Assembly (NCBI GenBank): GCA_043228905.1
Contig: JBHGNT010000007.1
Span: 13,392,001 to 13,456,000, forward strand
Direction of reading: 5' to 3'
From: Azolla caroliniana
Lineage: Eukaryota > Plantae > Polypodiophyta
Length of the DNA stretch: 64,000 bases
The notes below the pieces were generated by a model that was not told the origin of the DNA, did no database searches, and saw only the letters and a list, made by a program, of their open reading frames with translations. The position numbers were made by a program, and so were the translations under genes. How positions within the stretch are numbered: position 1 is the stretch's first letter; the number at the start of each line of letters is the position of its first letter. Positions 25,539 through 40,245 of this stretch are shown piece by piece.

Positions 25539-25833
25539 CTGGTTTGAATTTGAATCAGCATACCGATTCTGGTCTGTCATCCCGCTTCTCAAAATAACAT
25601 AATAACATAATATTTATCTTCTCAAAATAACATAATATTTATTAACAACTCCCTATCCCTAATTTAATACCCATTCCACATTCTGGACTCTAACCGGCCC
25701 TTTGGTCTTGCCGGCCAACATAGATCCATCTTCAATCGATCGCCTTCTTGTGCGGTGAGTGGGGAACGAGATCCCGTGTTTCGTTCTTGCAAAGTGCCCA
25801 CATCTCCTCATTCATTGCTTCAAACCATCGCGG

Positions 25834-26453
25834 TGTCGCGTTGTTATGCTCGTGCGTGGAGAACAAGGCAGGACCACTGGGGTCTTTGACCGAGGAATAG
25901 GTGAGAAAAAGGGAGAGAGAGAGAGACGCTCACACACGTATAGACAAAGAAGCGCACGGGGACGCGGCCCAACAATACAGGAGACACGAGTTGAGAACAC
26001 TAGTGTACGTATATAAATGTATGCAGATGACTCGAATGGTTACAGCCGATCAGGCCGGCGAGATGGATGCCGATGCCTGATCACCCACGCATATAGGGGA
26101 GCAAGATGGAGATTCTGCCGAAAGCACACAGGCGTTCCACGGAGCAGAATCAGCCTCCTGAGAACCTGTGCAAAAGAAAGCTATGGAGAACGACAGAGAT
26201 GAAGAGCTCGGTCCCAGTCCGACAGCACTTCGTCCCCCCCCTAGCGTGCCCCGTCTCCCTCTCTTTTATAGCTCAAGGAGGGAGGCCGTTTTCCCGTTTA
26301 CATCACATTAATTCTTTCTATAGAATATTGCTACCTAGGATTCGACTTTTGTGCCTACCTATCTACTATACAACAAGGGGCGTGCCCACGTGTAATGGCC
26401 GGTTCACACATGCTCTACATGGTTTGCGCCTGGGGACAGTTTTCTTCACGATA
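25834..26453 (-). mobile_element. Solo LTR (related to 24927-25538) inserted in copia A pol
   Basis: TGTCG...CGATA termini and 4-bp TSD GCGG. Removing it restores the copia frame KDPRWFEAM. Confidence 0.82.
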
Positions 26454-29400
26454 GCGGGTCCTTCATGACTTTGGAAAAGGTTTCCGGATCCTGTATTGTT
26501 GCTACGTTCATCATAAAGGCGTAATGATACGCCATGTATTCATCATAGCCGAATTGACTTACGGGGTTCTTTTCACGGGTAGACTAGTGTAGCTTCTCGT
26601 TCGCAGATACTAAAGCTTTCTTCGCTCCATTTGTCCGGATGCCAAGGCCTTCGAACTCACTGTCGAGAAAGTGAGTTGATTCTATTTCGATCGGATCTTC
26701 ATATTCTAGCATTTTCGCCTTGCCTTTGTCCATCTTCGAACTAGGTTGAGATGTGCTTTGGTCGCTCGGGGGCTCTTGTGGCCCACTAAGCCTTGTCATA
26801 ATCGGTTTTCTTTCAGCTTCTATCTCTATTTCGGTAGATTCTGGGTCGAGCGGAATCAGAGTCGAAGTTGTCTCTAGTGCGTACCAGGATGCGGACTCGT
26901 CGAAAACGACGTCTCGACTTACTCGACCCTTTTGAGAAGAGGGGTTATAACACTTGTACCCCTTTTGCTCCAGTAAGTATCCTACGAGGATACATTTCTC
27001 CGACTTCGGCTCAAGCTTTTGTCGCTTCTCGTAAGGGATGTGCACGTATGCAATGGAGCTGAATATCCGAACATGTGATAGATCTAGCTTCTTCCCGAAA
27101 AACTTCTTGTGCACAGTAAGTTCGTGCACATCCGATGTCATACACCGATTCATGAGGTATATGACCGTGTTAGCTGCTTCTGCCCAATACAATTTTGGTA
27201 GATGCTTTTCGTTTATCATGGCCCATGCTACTATGAGGATGTGTCGATTCTTTCGTTCAACTACACCATTTTGCTGAGGTGTGTGTCAGCACAAGAATTC
27301 TCATCGGATTCCTTCCTTTCGGAGATACGCCGTAAATTCGTCAAAGAAGTACTCTTTTCCTCCATCCGACCGAAGACATCGTACATGTCGGCCCGTGGCT
27401 TTCTCAACTTCATTCTTAAATTTTTGGAAGTGTCTGCATGGGGTAGATCCAAGTGTGCGTGGAAAAGTCATCGAGGAAGGCCATGTAGTATCGGCATCCG
27501 CTGAATGTAGCCGTCTGAGTCGAGTACGCCTTTGCTCACATTCCGCTCCTTCGGAAATGGGTGCCGATGTTGCTTGCCGAATTAGCAAACGACAGACACG
27601 CCTTCAATCTCTTTCTTCGTGAATGTCGAGAGCCCGATGACGACTCCTTTCGATTGCATTACCTTAAGCTTCTGGAGGTTGATATGGCCAATCCCCTTGT
27701 GCCATAACTCTATGTCGAGATTGGCTTTCGTGCCCTTTGCGAACATGGTCGATTTCATCTCATGAGAGTCAAGAATGAACATTTGGCCCTCTCTTCGTCC
27801 GCGAGTCATGAGTCGGCCCTCTTTTTCGATGAAGCAACCGCCTTGATTAAATCATACTTGCATCCCTTGCTCAACAATTTGGCCGATGGAGACCAAATTC
27901 TTCGTAATGGTTGGTACATGCAAGACTTTTTTAATAAAAGTTTGGTTACCTTCTTTGCCAAATGGGACATTGCCGATTCGTCAAATCGGATGCGTAGTGT
28001 CATCTCCGGTTTCGACATAGTCGGGTGGGTCGGTCCGGCTCTCGAAGTTCTCAAAACCATTCTTGATGAGATGTCATATGGTTTGAGGCACTGGAGTCGA
28101 CAAACCATACGTCTTCTGGAGTAGATGCACTATTCGAAGTAGAAGCCGACATAGAATTTACTCTATGTCTCATCACGAACATTCCGCCATGGTCGTCGTA
28201 GTCGGAGTTGGTGGCGTAATTGGTGAGTTGTCAGCTTGTGGAAGCCGACTCGCGTATCTTCTTACAACACTCTTTTTCGTGGTGACCAATTTTTCCGCAA
28301 TATCCTTATTCAACCCAGTTTTGTCAACTAGGACCGAAATGGAAGCTCCCCCTTCTTCCAAAGGTTCCTCGATGGCTTCTGTCTTGATGCCGAAATTGCG
28401 AGTTGTTTTCGTAAGTCGAACCTTGTCCGCCTCGTCCTTGGCTGAATCGGCCTCTTGCTCGGCCACGTCCTCTTCCTCCGTTCAAATGCGTGTAGAGCAT
28501 GTTGTTAGGATTTTGGTCCCTCCGGATGGGATGATGACGGCCTGGTGAGAACCGGATGATGAGTACCCGGCAAGGAAGACCCGGTGAGAACCGGATGTTG
28601 CAGGCTCGGTGAGAACCTCTCATCGGATGAAGGGACATATATGTAAATATGTTCTAGAGAGCCCACCGGTGCTATATTTGTAAATTGCCCAAAAGTCATA
28701 ATACTATAAATATGACCTAGGGAAAACTCTTGATAAGAGTTGTTGTCATTATTTTGTTGTATAGTGTTATTGAGTGTAATTGTTGTATAGAGCATAACAT
28801 AGAGCGAGAGAGAGAGAGAGAAACAGAGTAAGTCTCTGTTGTAACCGCCGCCATGCGAAGAGTGTAAGGACGAGGTCGTTGCCTCCGTGTTCTTCATTGT
28901 ATTCTCCTCATATAGTGATAGTTTGGAGTTTGTGGGCTCCCGTTGTTTTTCCTGTTTAGGGTTTTCCACGTTAACATCCTGTGCATTCTCTTCTGTTTGT
29001 GTACTTACTTCCATTTCTCCATTTTTATTGTGTTTGATTCATATTAAGTGATCTAAGTCTCTGTTGTGGCCGAAGATTATTCCACATATTCTCGTCAATC
29101 TGGTATCAGAGCGAAACGACACAGAAAATGGAAGATTCGTTGGGAGGCATGTTCAAGCTCACCAGCTCCAACTACTCAGTGTGGAAGTCGAAGATGAGGG
29201 ACATGCTCGTGGTTAAAGATCTTTGGTTGTCGGTTCAGTTCGGGGAAAAGAAATCGGACAAGATCGACGCCACAATGTGGGAGGTGATGCACATGAAGAC
29301 GACGGCATACATCCGGTGCTTCATTGACATGAGCATGTACAACAACTTCAATGAAGAGAGCAAGGCTCATGAGCTCTGGGAGAAGATCGGCATTATGTTT

Positions 29401-32400
29401 TAGAACAAAAATGTTGTTAATCGGGTTTCGGTATTCCTGAAGCTAGTAAGACTCTGGTACCAAGATGGCTCCAGCATGGCAGAGCACATGAATGCCTTCC
29501 AGGGGCTGATTCACCAAGCAACATCGTTGGAGTACCTCTCGCCGATGAGGTATTAGCACTGCTCTTGCTCGGTTCCCTCCCGGATAGCTGGGAGACGTTG
29601 GTTGTCACTTTGGGCAACGTCGGGCCGGAAGGAAAACAATTATCCTTAGCAAGAGTCAAGTTGAGCTTGCTAGATGAGGAGGCGCATCGGAAAGACAAGG
29701 ATACGAGCTCCGACTCCAAAGTGCTCCTTACCGAATCGGAACACGTAAGACAAAGGAACCGGAGTCCCCAGAACCGGGAAAAGTCTGGGACACGGTCAAA
29801 GTCAAGGGGAAGGCCCACTTGCTTCTACTGTGGGAAGTTGGGGCACTTCCAGAAGAACTGTCGGCATTTCCAGAAAGACAAGGAAACCAACAGTACCGAT
29901 TTGAAGCGGTCACCGTACTAGAACGACAAAGACCGGAGAGGACTAGACTGGAAGGGAACGACAACAATCGCGGCAAGTGAAGAAGAGTCGATGCTCATCA
30001 CCGAGGAGAGTGAGTTGAACCTTTCCGGTGATGAGACAACGTGGGTTATTGATTCCGGAGCGTCATTCCACCTTACCCCCGACCGGAAATGCTTCTCATC
30101 CTACACGGCCGGTGATCACAGTTATGTCCGAATGGGGAATGAAGGTACATGCCGAATTGTCAGCATAGGAGACGTGTGGCTGACAACACCAATCGGATGC
30201 AAGTTGCTATTAAAGGAAGTTTGACACGTTCCGGAGGTTTGACTGAACCTGAAATCAGCCAGTCGGCTAGATGATGAAGGCTACATAGGTAGCATCCGGA
30301 ACGGTGTCATTAAATTCAGCAAAGGGAGTCTGATAGTGGCTCGGGCCCGGAAAGTCAACACGTTGTACCTGATGAATGCCCGGTTATGCCCGGAAGACGT
30401 GAACGTGGCATCCGACATTGCCGGTGAGTTGTGGCACAAGAGATTGTGTCACATGAGCGAGAAGGGGATGAGGAGGCTTGCCGATGACAACATCATTCCA
30501 GTAAAGGACGTGCATCTTAAGAGGTGCTCCGATTGCCTGGCCAGTAAGCAAAACCGGACGACCTCCTTCCAATCAAGTCCACCGATGAGACATAATGCAC
30601 CATTGGAGCTGGTGCATACCGATGTGTGTCAAGTAGACCCGAAGTCACATGTCGGAGCGCAGTACTTCGTGACGTTCACAGATGACCACAACCGGAAGTT
30701 GTGGGCCACACCGTTGAAGACGAAGGATCAGGTGTTATCCGTCTTCAAGGAGCTCCACGAAAGAATGGAAAGAGAAACCGGCCAGAAGTTGAAGGCGGTT
30801 TGAGTAGACAACGGAGGTGAATATCGAGGGTAGTTTGAGAAGTATTGCTGCTCGAAGGGAATCTAGCTCGAATTTACCGTGCCGAAGACGCCAGAACTAA
30901 ACGGGTTGGCCGAGAGGATGAACTAGACCATAATGGAGAGGGTCCGGAGTATGCTGGCACATGCAAAGTTACCCAAGACGTTTTGGGCTGAGGCGATGGT
31001 GATAGCAACGTACGTGATAAACAGGTCACCCTCAATGCCCTTGGATGGAGACAGAGAGTATGGACCGGTAAGGAAGTGTCTTACTGGAGAGAAAAGTTGG
31101 ATCCAAAGTCTCGGCCTTGCATATTCCTCAGATATGGCAATGATGAATTTGGCTACTGAGTGTGGGATCCGGTCGACAAGAAGGTGTTCCGGAGTCGAGA
31201 TATTATCTTCATGGAGGACAAGACCCTTGCCGACTGGGAGTCGGAGAAGAAGATAATGAACTTCGAGTCGACCGGTAAGGATCGGTTCAATGAGATTCAG
31301 ACCTACCCGGCTGAGAGCCGGTTGACACTCGAAGAACCGGCCGGTTATGGTGAGGATATCGAGCCGGCAGAAGAAGAAGAAGATGAAGAAGCGGAAACTA
31401 GAACCGGCCAAGACCCCGAATCGGATTCGGATGAAAAACAAATAGAGGAGCAGGTTGCCGAAAGCCAAAGATAGAGATATCCTCTCAGAGAGAGAAGGGC
31501 CCCCCGGAGATTTCCGGATGCAGAGCGTGTGTTGCTAACCGATGAGGGGGAGCCGGAAAGCTTTGAAGAAGCAAAGGAGGACACCCATAGCCCCAAGTGG
31601 TTAAGTTTCATGCAGGGCGAGATGGATTCCCTGCATGAGAACCACACGTATGAACTAGTGGAGTTGCCGAAAGGAACGCGGGCACTCTGGAATAAGTGGG
31701 TGTACAAGCTGAAACCGGGAGATGCCAGTAACCCCCCGAGATACAAAGCCAGGATCGTGGTGAAGGGGTTCCAGCAGAAGAAGGGTGTGGACTTCGACGA
31801 GATATTTGCCCCGGTACTAAAGATGACTTCCATCCGGACGGTGCTAAGCATAACGGCAAGCATGGACCTCGAGGTAGAGCAACTAGACGTGAAGACGACG
31901 TTCCTCCACGACGACCTCGAAGAGGAGATCTACATGCAGCAACCGGAGGGATTTGTGAAGAAAGGGAAGGAGCACCTAGTTTGCTGGTTGAAGAAGAGCC
32001 TCTACGGTTTGAAGCAGGCTCCCCGGCAATGGTACCGGAAGTTCGACTCCTTCATGATGGATCAAGGATACCACAAGACGCGGGCTGATCACTGCATATT
32101 TGTGAAGAAGTTTGAATGTGGAGACTTCCTGATACTCCTCCTATACATGGATGACATGTTGATCGTCGGATGAGACCAAGTCAAGATACAAACGTTGAAG
32201 AAGGCACTGAACCGGACCTTCTCAATGAAAGACTTGGGTCCAGCAAGACAGATACTGGGGATGCATATCATCTGGGACTGGTCAAAGAAGCACTTGTGGT
32301 TGTCACAAGAGAAGTACGTGACAAAGGTACTTTAGCAGTTCAACATGTCAGATGCGAAACTGGTTGAATCAACACTCCCGGTAAACTGCAGGTTATCCGG

Positions 32401-32922
32401 TAAGCAAAGCCCGAAGATGAAGGCAAAGAAGGTGGATATGATGAAGATAACATATGCCTTTGCCGTTGGAAGCTTAATGTACGCAATAGTGTGTACCCGA
32501 CCGGATATCAGATACGCAGTCGGAGTGCTGAGTCGATTTATGAGCAATCCCGGCAAGGAGCACTGGAATGCAGTAAAATGGATACTCTGATACATGAAAG
32601 GCACCTCAAGTATGTGTCTCCGATTTCGCTCCGGAAAACCCCAACTTGACGGTTTCACTGATTCGGATATGTCGGCTGATGTGGATACCAACCGGTCAAC
32701 ATCGGGATATGTTATGACATGTATAGGGGGAGCTGTTTCGTGGCAGTCGAGGCTACAGAAGACGGTTGCGTTGTCAACCACGGAGGCGGAGTACATGGCG
32801 ACTGTGGAAGCTGGCAAGGAAATACTATGGATGAAGGACCTCATCGAAGAGCTAGGGATCCAACAAGAGGAATACCGGCTCTATTGCGACAGTCAAAGTG
32901 CCATCCACCTTGCGAAGAACAC

Positions 32923-35900
32923 TGTCGTGCCTTTTGGCGCAGATCGTTTGCGTGAGTTGGGTGGGAACCACTGGGGTTTTGGACTAGGAGAAAGAAGAAT
33001 ATGAGATAATGTTAGTTAGGAAGAGATTGCAAGAAGAAGATATGAAACTCGTGAATCCCACGAGTATAGTGTATTAATTGATACTTAGATTGTAAGAGAA
33101 AAATAGATGGCAAAATCGTGAATCCCACGATTATTTTATATTATTCAAACCTTATAAAAATGAACAACACCTATACATCTTTCTCTCTTCCTTATATAGT
33201 GTTGGAAGAGTCTAAGTTTATCACATGCAAGCATCATGCTTTTCCTAACTTTAGTTTTCATGCACACTGCATGTGCATGATTAGCTTTCTATCCTATCTT
33301 CTCTTTTAACTCGAGTGTGTATGCATGAATAACTTTTTGTACCATGCATATCTAGAATATTTACATAGGATAAAGTTTAGTATAACTTTACAATTCATTA
33401 TATGCTAGTATAGTGGTAAGGCTTAAAAATCGTTAACATGGAGGTACAGGGTTCAAATCTTGCCCTATGCATGTTATAATCTTTTCTTCTATTTACAAAT
33501 TTGTCTCTTCATCCGGTGAGAGACTCTCACCTGCCTTCTTTATTTGGCTCTTGCCAGTTCTGCTTGATCCAGTTCTTACCGGGTCTCCTTACCGGTTCCT
33601 CCTTGCCGATTCCATCCTTCATCCGGTTCCTCCTTGCTGGTTCCATCCAGAGGGACAAAAATGCAATTTTCAAGTGTGTGAATTACACTATGACACTCGC
33701 CCCCTCCAAACCCGCACATCCTCTGGTATGTGCCGAAGTTCCCGATGCCTGTTGTTCGTCTTCATCCGTAGCACTACCCAATTCCTCCCTTATATCAACC
33801 ATCAATTGTAGACCACTTTCTTCGCTTTCCGCATCACCGCGATCTTTGTCTGGTTGCTCCTCGTTGTCGGTCTTGTCTAGTAGGGTTACATAGGGTTCGT
33901 CGTCAATCCGTTTCTTGAAGATCTTTACCCGTTTTCCCACTATAGGCACTCGTAGTATCGTCCCATCCAACTCACATAGTCGGTAAGTTGCGTTGTTGAA
34001 AACTTTCCGAACCTCGTATGGCCCGAACCACCTTTTCGCGAACTTCCTTATCATTGTATGTTGATGATGCAGACTACTGTCATAGACAATCACCCAATCT
34101 CCTTCTTCAATCTTCCGTGGTCGTAGTTGGTGCTTTGTATCGAACCGGCTTTTGTTCCGGAATCGCGCTTCTTGTTGTCGGCATGTTGATTCCACTATGT
34201 CTTTCGGACTTCCCTCTAGTTGTCGTATCCGGACCACTAGTAGTTCTTCCCGGCTCATCACTTCCTTCCACGGTAGCATTGTCCATGTCGCAATCGCGGT
34301 TTCCGTCGGCATTACCAGTGCTTGTCCAGTCATAAATTCCGTCGACATATAACCGGTTACGAAGCTATGCGTCGTCTGATCCGCCCATAGTGCATACAGG
34401 AGGATCTACGGCCAATCCTTCACGCTTATGTCGCATGCTTTGGCAAGTGCTTTGACGATCGGACTATGTCCTCGTTCGATTTTCTCGTTGGCCTCCAGAT
34501 TGTATGCCATTGTTAGTGTTAACCGAACTCCATGTTTGGTGAAGAATTCCCTAGCTTTATCAGAGTCGAGTTCTCCTCGATCCGCAATCACTTGTCCTAC
34601 ACACCCATACCTGTAAAACACCTCCTCCAAAAGAAATTGGCATACCGCAGAACGCGTTTTCCTTCGTAGCGCCCGACCTTCTACTTGGTTTGTGAGATCT
34701 TCCCAAGCTAACACCAAGTACTTCTTTTGTCCTATCCCGGTTGGCATGGCTACAATATCGACAATCCATTTGAAGTTGATTGTCGGTGAGAATGTCATAT
34801 GTAACTCATCTCGGTGTCAAACTCCGGAGTAGATTTGACACTTCCGCAGCTTTCCGTGAACTCCGCTATATCTTTGTACATATTCTTCCACCAATATTTT
34901 TGTTTGATTTTCACAAAAGTTGCCCATGTTCCTTGATGTCCAGCCCAATTAGATTCGTGAAACTCGGACATTATCTGGTTTCATTGCTCTTTCATCCCGA
35001 CTACCCGAAGTGGTATGCCATCTGGTCTTTTCGGCTCCCTCCATATTAATCCATTTTTCAAGAAGTACTTTCGGACTTGCCACTTCTTACTTCGGATCTC
35101 GGCTCTCTTCTCTTTATTGTCCGATGATTCCTCGATTTCTTGTAGCACTTTCCCGATCAGCAAGCTTTCTCCCTCGTATTCTTCTTCCCAGAATTCTCGG
35201 ATTACGTTCACCCGGCATATGTGTTCCGAAGCAAAGTAGCATTCGGAAACTTCTTCATTATCAGATTCGGTTATGTCGTCTCCGAACCGCGCCCTTGATA
35301 GCATATCCGCCACCGCGTTGTCTTTTCCGGAGATGTGTCGTACCTCCGGATTAAGTGACTTAACATATGCAATTCACCTTAGCATAGCCACATCCGGTAT
35401 CGTGCAACACCGCATCATCCCGAGTATTGGAAGACAATCCATTTCGATCACTACTTCGGCTCCGATCAAATAATCTCGATCCGATTTGATTGCCGACACG
35501 ACTCCCCATAATTCTCTTTTGACTTGTGCATATCCGCGTTGCCTTTCGTTGAGAACCTTTGCTCCGAATCGGATCGGATATCACAATCCATCCGAGTCGA
35601 CTTGATTGATGAGCCATTCGATCCCAATTGGACTTGTATCAACCGTTACTATGATCGGTCGCTAATAGCTCGGCTTCTTAAGTGCTTCAGCCCTTTGTAG
35701 TGTTTTCTTGAGCTTCCTCATGGCTTTGGTGTCTTCCGGTTTCAATTCGAACTTCTTCCCCTTCCGCAATAAGTGATAGAGTGGGTCCACAATATGTGCA
35801 TAGTGCGGAATCCATATGTGATAAAATGCACAAGCTCCAAGAAACTGTCGAACTTCGGATTGTGACTCGCATACTTCTTTCATAGCTTGAATCGCATCGA

Positions 35901-38900
35901 TCTTGGTTGGTGACGGTCTTTGGCCGTAGGGCCCACATAGATGTCCGACTACCAATATCTCTTCTTGCCCGAATGCCGATTTCTCCCCGGAAAGTGTTAG
36001 GTGTGCATCTTCTAACTTTCGAAGCACTTTCTCGCAATCGCGAATATGGTCGACTACGAACTTTCGGCATCCCCGATCATCCATAGTTTCATCTTTTTCT
36101 TCTACCGCGCATCCTTTCATTAGAATGTCATCTAGGAACGACATCGTTATCTCCGGAATGCAATCTCGAAGCACCTTGTTCATCGCGTTCATCATATGTG
36201 CAACCGAGTTTGTCGCTCCTTGTGGTAGTGTGCACATTTGGACTAATCCTATCAGTGTTCGCATGGTAGTGATGTCTCGGCTTTCCACGGCTAGTTGGAA
36301 TTGGTCATACCCCGCCCGAGTATAGGTCTCCAATGGAGTATATCGCACGACCGGCAAATGCTTGCATAAATTCGTCCACTATCGGACCGACTCCGGAGTT
36401 CCGGATCATGACCTTGTTCACCGGTTGCAAGTCTCGGACAAATCGGAGTGACCCATTCTTCTTCGGAACCGTAAACCATCGATTTGAGTACAGAGCGTTT
36501 GATGGCTCTAGAATCCCCAACGCCACCTTCTCCTTGAGCAAGTCGATGATTTTGGGAATATGCGCCCGCGGCACCGGAATCGGCTTCAAGTTCCACGACA
36601 CATGGTCATGGTCAATCATGAAGATCACCATCGGCTCCACTATCTTCGGATCAACGCACCCTATCTCCTTCGATGTGAATGCAAATGATTTCTCATGTTG
36701 TTCCAACATCCCACGGAATCGTTCTTCTTCATTTTGTAAAAGGAAACCACCTCTACTGATCCGAAGTTTCTTCTAGGTCTCATCCGTGAAGGCATATCCG
36801 ATATCCACAGACTTCCGAAGTGTCGGATCTCCCGAGACTTCTTTCCTCTTTTGTTCGCTATCGGCGGGTAACGGTCCCATGGCCGGTTTCACTTTCTTCT
36901 CCACGGTATTGTATTTCGTACTTACCATTGCTTCTTCTTTGCGGAGCGCATCCGGCCCCATTTTCGCAATGATCTCGTACATCTCGACCGATTCCACTGG
37001 GACTACCCGGTCTCCTTGGCTTTTATCCTCCACAAGCTCTTCAAGCCGTTGTAGCGTGCTCCCATAGAACACTTCTTCGACTACCCCCACGATTTCTTCG
37101 TCTTCTTTTATTATTGATGTTGACCGCAACTTATCCTCTATTTTTCGGTATTCTTTCTTCTTTGCTCCAGTTACGGCCGTGTACGTAGATGCCCCATCCG
37201 GACCGATTTGTACTTGTAAATTCTTCTTGTGTGGGGTATCAGGGCTTATCAGACTATCACTTCCCCACTCCGCAACAGTCCGCTCTAAAAATCCATCCTT
37301 GTTTGGGACAAGAGCTCTCTCTTGTTCCTTTCATGATTTGCCAGCACAATACGGAATTGGACGGATTTCCCTCCGCTTTGGCTCCGAATTCGTGCGAAAG
37401 CTGCACCGCTATCGAGCACCTTTGTCTCCATCCGCGAAGCCGTGATAAAGGGTTGCCCGAGGATCACGGAATGTGAGACCTCGTCTTGTACGAAGAAATT
37501 TTGGTAGATCTCAACATCGCCGATCTTCACCGTCACATCCGGACAAGCCACAAATAGATCTTCCGTTACTTTAGTGGCTGCCCGAATCTTCCATCCATGG
37601 TTAGTGTTTATAGGCCACTTCCCCTTCTGGTAGAACTCCTTGGACATCAAATTGATCTTCGATCCGTGATCAATCAATGCTAGCACAACCTCTTTGATGT
37701 TGCCGATTCGGACCGGAGTCTCTGTAGTTGCACGTGCCCAGTGTGGCCTTGTGTAGTGGGAGTTCGGAATTTCGTCCTCCACTTCGGTGTCATTCATTAA
37801 AACCGTGTTTGCATTTACCCTTGGAGCATTTTCCTCCGTATTTTGTCTTTTTCTCTTCATGAGATCCACAAGAAGGTTGTGGAACTCCTTCGCTATTCCG
37901 AGTAATTCCCGAAGCGAAAATTCCACCCAACTATCAAGGATTCTCTCTTCAAACACCTTCTTTAGGTCTGTCTATTGTTCGATGTCCGAAGCGAGTCTGA
38001 ATGCCAGAATCGTCTTTTTTTTTACCTTCCCTCCGGAGTTCCATCTCTCAGGCGTCTTTGATGGTCCGGCCGCATCATCCGTGCGCCGTCGTTTTTCATC
38101 CACATACACTTCATGCAATTGACATAGCGCATGTACACTATTCTTATCTACGGGGCACTCCCATCCCGTAGCTTCCCGAATACATTCCACGGCGCTTCAG
38201 ATTTCATCATGGTCGGCTTTCTTCGAAATTGCTAGCACTTCTGGCCAAAAAGACGCCTTTGCTCCAGATGACTCCCCCACACGTATTCCCGCGGTTGTCG
38301 CATAGTTGTTTTTCGTCGCGATCTCCTCCTCTAGGACCTTTTTCATGCCGCCTTTTCAGAAGTTCGGTCGGACTGGCTTCCGAGAGTCCATCGAATGGAT
38401 CCGATTTCCCTTGTAGTAGATAAGATCCCGTCGTAACGCCTCATGCTCGTCGCAATCCTTCCGATCATGTTCAGTGCTATCGCACCATATACACCGACGG
38501 TCCATATACTTGGAACTTGTGGAACGATCATCCAACTTCTTCACCATCGCAATTTTTAGATTCTTCATCTCCTTCAGCAACTGCTCCACCGTGTTTGTGT
38601 CGATTCCCTTCTCGGTCGTAGTCTCCCGAGCCAGTAGTTGATGGTCTTCCAATCCGGATCTCGGTTTCGGAATCGGTTCTGAAACCCTCTTTTCTTCGCT
38701 AGCAAGCCATTGCCTCCTCTTTGTGTATCACGCGACGATATCCCGCACGCTTTCCCATGTTTCGGTGAGGCCACTCTCAGTGGTCGTGTCCTCCAAAAGC
38801 ACTCCAAGATCTTTCCGGTCCTGGATGTCCACAGCTCGTAGGAACATGATCACTTTGTCCGGTGTGAGGATAGCTTGATCTCTCGCAGACAACCTCCCGA

Positions 38901-40245
38901 ACCGACTTTTGAATGACAAAAACACATCGAGAACCTTCATCCCCTTATCCGGTGTTTCCACCCAATCTTCGAATCCCCTCCTTGTTGCCTTGGAGGAGTC
39001 CTCAATGGTGAACGTGGTCTTCAACGCCTCTTCAAATGCCTCCCACATCGGATTTTGCTACCGTATCCTGTGGATACTCCCTTGAAGCCAGTCGGTCGCC
39101 ACCCGGTTGAAGGATGTCACTTGCAGTCCTTCCGAAATTCCGCACCGTAGCATTTCCGCCTTGTAATCTCGCAAATACCATGACACATCTTTCCCATTGA
39201 ATTGCCTGTTTCGTTGCACGAGCCGCTCTACTGCTACTGCAATCTCCGACATCGCGCGTTATTCTTGTAGCATCCGCTCGAACATCGCCATCATGTTGTT
39301 AGCCTCTGGTTGAATTTCCATCTCCTTGCCACCCGGTTTCACGTCAGGTTCACCACTTGTGTTGTGCCTTTCGGCGCCGGATCGTTTGCGTGAGTTGGGT
39401 GGGAACCACTGGGGTTTTGGACTAGGAGAAAGAAGAATATGAGATAATGTTAGTTAGGAAGAGATTGCAAGAAGAAGATATGAAACTCGTGAATCCCACG
39501 AGTATAGTGTATTAATTGATACTTAGATTGTAAGAGAGAAATAGATGGCAAAATCATGAATCCCACGATTATTTTATATTATTCAAACCTTACAAAAATC
39601 AACAACACCTATACATCTTTCTCTCTTCCTTATATAGTGTTGGAAGAGTCTAAGTTTATCACATGCAAGCATCATGCTTTTCCTAACTTTAGTTTTCATG
39701 CACACTGCATGTGCATGATTAGCTTTCTATCCCATCTTTTCTTTTAACTCGAGTGTGTATGCATGAATAACTTTTTGTACCATGCATATCTAGAATATTT
39801 ACATGGGATAAAGTTTAGTATAACTTTAAAATTCATAATATGCTAGTATAGTGGTAAGGCCTAAAAATCGTTAACATGGAGGTACAGGGTTCAAATCTTG
39901 CCCTATGCATGTTATAATCTTTTCTTCTATTTACAAATTTGTCTCTTCATCCGTTGAGAGACTCTCACCGGCCTTCTTTATCCGGCTCTTGCCGGTTCTG
40001 CTTGATCCGGTTCTTACCGGGTCTCCTTGCCGATTCCATCCTTCATCCGGTTCTCACCGATTCCTTCTTACCGATTCCATCCTTCATCCAGTTCTCACCG
40101 GTTCCTCTTTGCCGGATCCTCCTTCCAGTTCTCACTGGTTCCTCCTTGCCGGATCCTCCTTCCGGTTCTCATCGGGTACTCCATGTCCTATCTAGAGAGA
40201 CCAAAAATGCAATTTTTCACGTACTGTGTGAACTACACTACGACA
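32923..40245 (-). mobile_element. Full-length Ty3/gypsy element (moss/fungal-like, no chromodomain seen) inserted in copia B RNase H
   Basis: LTRs 32923-33695 and 39360-40245 (TGT.G...GACA), PBS TGGTGAACCTGACG, PPT GGAGGGGGCGAG, 4-bp TSD ACAC/ACAT. Gag with CIWCDSTEHDRKDC, protease ALIDHGS, RT LPQGATNS..FLDD, integrase ADRGE..KIERGH, WFGPY. Confidence 0.93.
33400..33472 (+). other. tRNA-like A/B-box segment in the gypsy LTR (second copy at about 39840-39910)
   Basis: TAGTATAGTGGTAAGG...GGAGGTACAGGGTTCAAATCTTG. Confidence 0.55.

Larger units (their letters stand above)
17743..25720 (-). mobile_element. Non-chromovirus Ty3/gypsy element inserted in copia A RT; integrase absent; extra 3' coiled-coil ORF
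   Basis: LTRs 17743-18216 and 24605-25720 (TGTT...AACA), perfect TSD TAGAT, PBS-like TGGCGACC near 24590. Gag with CYYSRQEGHYNNQC, protease IVDGGSGVN, RT WLSPIVVVPKK..RVCVDY..FLDGFSRYNQI, RNase H YYASWKLSKAEQNYSSMEREAL..ADYLSR. Confidence 0.92.
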